A stretch of 64,000 nt of DNA, taken from Chiloscyllium plagiosum. Its lineage: Eukaryota. A program made the translations under genes and the position numbers. The notes below the pieces were generated by a model, which did no database searches, was not told where the DNA came from, and saw only the letters and a program-made list of their open reading frames with translations. The stretch's first letter is position 1. Each line of letters begins with the position of its first letter. Shown here piece after piece: positions 61,576-64,000 of the stretch. The stretch spans positions 45,038,286 to 45,102,285 of the forward strand of contig NC_057728.1 in assembly GCF_004010195.1 (NCBI RefSeq), given 5' to 3'.

Positions 61576-61660
61576 TTAAAAATCACACAACACCAGGTTA
61601 TAGTCTCACAGGTTTATTTGGAAGCACTAGTTTTCAGAGCGCTGCTCCTTCATCAGGTGG
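61576..61660 (-). mobile_element. PLE terminus, family B (single arm)
   Basis: Matches the left arm of 60556-60646; possible TSD tgtaccac. Confidence 0.7.
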
Positions 61661-62469
61661 TGTACGCTGATGTACCACCCGGGACACAGCAGTTCAATTC
61701 AATTGGTTCACCATCAGCTTCGTCATGCCATTTAAGGATGAGGCTTGCCAACAAGTGTACATTAGAAAAAAAGAACTCATTAAGCATGTGCTTTAGGTAT
61801 AGATATTGTCGTGATAATAGCAATAAATTCTATTGTTCTCATGCAGTGACTGGCCAGTGACATGACTCTACAGCCAGATGATCTGAAAACAATAGTAGCA
61901 AAATGTTGATGTTGCAGGAATATCCTGCATGCTTCTCAATTCCTACCTAGTGACCTTCTAATTTTAGATGGGTCACTCTAGAAAGCACAGATTAAGGAGT
62001 TAGTTTTGATGCAGCAAGTCTCATTGGTTGCAATTCACTGGGATAGAATTTTTGCTCAGTTTGGTACATGAATTCACCACACAGTCCCTATAACTGCACA
62101 AGCCATTATTTTAATTCTGACTCAATTTAGGCGGCCTACGATTGATCCTGATGTAATTTCAGGCGAAAGGGATGAAAACCACAGGAATTTGGCCATTGTG
62201 TACTGACTGACTGGAAGCCTATTTAAAGGAGCACTTACCTGGAGGATCCAGATGATTGGGGATTCATGTGCAATTTGTCAATTTTGATCCTGGATATTAC
62301 TTGTTTCTGTATTTTTATTATTACCTGCATGAATTATACTCTTATAACTTAATGTGAGCAGCTGTTAGTTTCAGATCTCCAGTACCTGCAGCTTTTTTTT
62401 GTTTTATATTATTATGTGTATCATTTGTTTTAGGGGGAATACTGTTTGAACAAAGAACTTCAGCCACTT

Positions 62470-62700
62470 CAACAACCAAACGTGCAGGTGAGTCCATTAG
62501 AAAGCTGCTCATGTGATTGATGTTAAGAGCCACTTTTTTGGATATGGCTGGGGAGCGTTGAATCAGGAGGCTACCATTCATCACGCAGGCTACCCTGTGG
62601 AACTGAACATTGACATCAATCTACCAGCATTCTGTTTAAATATCATACTAACAATGTAGATTCAACTCTAATGAAAAGACACTGCAGCCCAAGGAGCCAA
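62470..62700 (-). mobile_element. Possible highly decayed Harbinger transposase fragment
   Basis: Frameshifted DVNVQF..GSLRD and PYPKKWLLTSI resemble the xVNARxPGSxHD and GYPLxxWLxTP motifs. Confidence 0.33.
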
Positions 62701-64000
62701 ATGCCCAAAATAATAATTGTCAAGAGTTCATTTCTCATTCATGTGTCTGTGGAAAGTTCCTGTCTTGAAGAAGATTTACTAATCCTCGTACTCCAAAGAC
62801 CTTCTCATCTAATTGATTTAGCAAAGCAGCTAGAAGGCTCATTCTGGGGGACCATGAGAATTTTGCAGCTGCTGATTTCTGAATGTAGATTGTAACTCTT
62901 TTGTTCACAGGTATAATTCACTCACATCACTCCACATGCCCAAACAAGATCCTTCAATATGCCCAAAACCCACTCTGAGTTAAAATTATCCCCATGCCAC
63001 TTAATTAAGAACTGTGTTACATTATCTTGATCATACCATTCCCTTGCTGACACACTGACAGAAGCCTTAAAGCTGTAATCATGTTCTACATTTACAGGAC
63101 AATGGCAAATAGCACAAGAGCAATCATACAAAATAAAAATGAGGGAGAAATACAAGTCATGACAATGCGTGCTGCTGAAATATTGTCTAACCTGGCATGT
63201 AATGACTGATATCAGTTGAATGGGCAAATGAGACGAATCTAAAGTCCGAAGGACTTGAAAACAGGTTAGTACGTTATTGTGGAACCCATGGACCTGGGCA
63301 AGACATATAATGCATCCTCTTCACATAATGGATCTGAATCAATCTCCAGTCATGCCAACACATCTTGTTGATGGACTATTATAGAGTAGAATGCGAGGAA
63401 GAATTTGATGATATGAAACTCTCCCTCACTGTAATCCAACTTATGTGCAAGTCATATTTATCATCTTCATATCATGTGTCTTCCATCATCGATCTGTCCT
63501 GAGCCCATTGGCAATGGGTAAGTGAGATGACACCAAGAATTAGCTCATTTAGAGCTGTAGCTGCAAACCTCTTGCAGTATTTCAGGCCATTGGTTTGATT
63601 GTTAACTGGAAAGCAGAAGAAATGGGAATTGACATTTTTTAATCCCTCACTACCCACTATTTTATCATTTCAAAGCTAGACATCAAGATCTTTGATGTCC
63701 CTAGAAAATGAAGGTCCAAAAACATCTCAAAATCTCAAAGCTGAAACAGGCAGTGATGAAGGAATCTCTCCCGGAGAAACTTGAGACTGTCCTGTATACA
63801 GTGAAAAGGGCTACTCACTGCATTGAGGATAATCAGGTGACCTTCAGGTCTATCCACTGCTGTCCAAGCGGTGATCGATCCTTCATCTTGTAAGCATCAC
63901 TGTTCATTAAAAATAATGGGGCAATCTAGAAACTACTGAAAGAGAAACAGCCCCTTTACAAGTTTTACCTCAACAACATGTCTTCACTATTGAAACACAA

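Noticed and set aside
62926..63085. Possible minus-strand exon (tag|...|gtgagt, open frame)
   Set aside because: No recognisable protein similarity and no partner exons; it lies among decayed transposon-like sequence.
1..64000. CRISPR array, rRNA or prokaryotic operon-type system
   Set aside because: There is no regularly spaced repeat-spacer array and no rRNA similarity; the window is vertebrate intron-exon DNA.

Overview
This is eukaryotic, AT-rich, repeat-dense DNA. The repeats (HE1/V-type tRNA-derived SINEs, CR1/HER1-type LINEs, Rex1/Babar, a Deu-domain SINE) point to a cartilaginous fish, probably a shark; this is an inference. The only gene I can support is SLC6A15 (B0AT2/SBAT1, a neuronal Na+-dependent neutral amino-acid transporter) on the minus strand. 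Seven coding exons (24572-24281, 23524-23367, 16924-16798, 15815-15634, 3485-3375, 981-740, 649-457) have GT-AG boundaries and consistent phases, and join into 1305 nt (435 codons). The remaining 3' exons lie beyond the left edge of the window. A CpG-rich region at about 32.3-35.3 kb holds the candidate promoter and non-coding first exon(s), and about 35-64 kb is gene-free repeat DNA. The most striking non-gene signal is about 18 short Penelope-like element (PLE) termini in at least 3 families. Many are hairpin-shaped and flanked by target-site duplications (TSDs), and many carry minimal type-I hammerhead ribozyme cores (CUGANGA-stem-GAAA-NNUH), some intact on both strands. One family is linked to a GIY-YIG endonuclease remnant. 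Other notable features are a micro-inversion with an 83-bp inverted duplication, a CR1 with a twin-priming-type 5' inversion, a SINE-PLE chimeric insertion, a CpG-retaining three-hairpin intronic element, a stop-free in-frame 90-nt intron, a uORF/NAGNAG 5'UTR, and CTCF- and ATF4-like motifs. Repeat boundaries were read by eye and are approximate.
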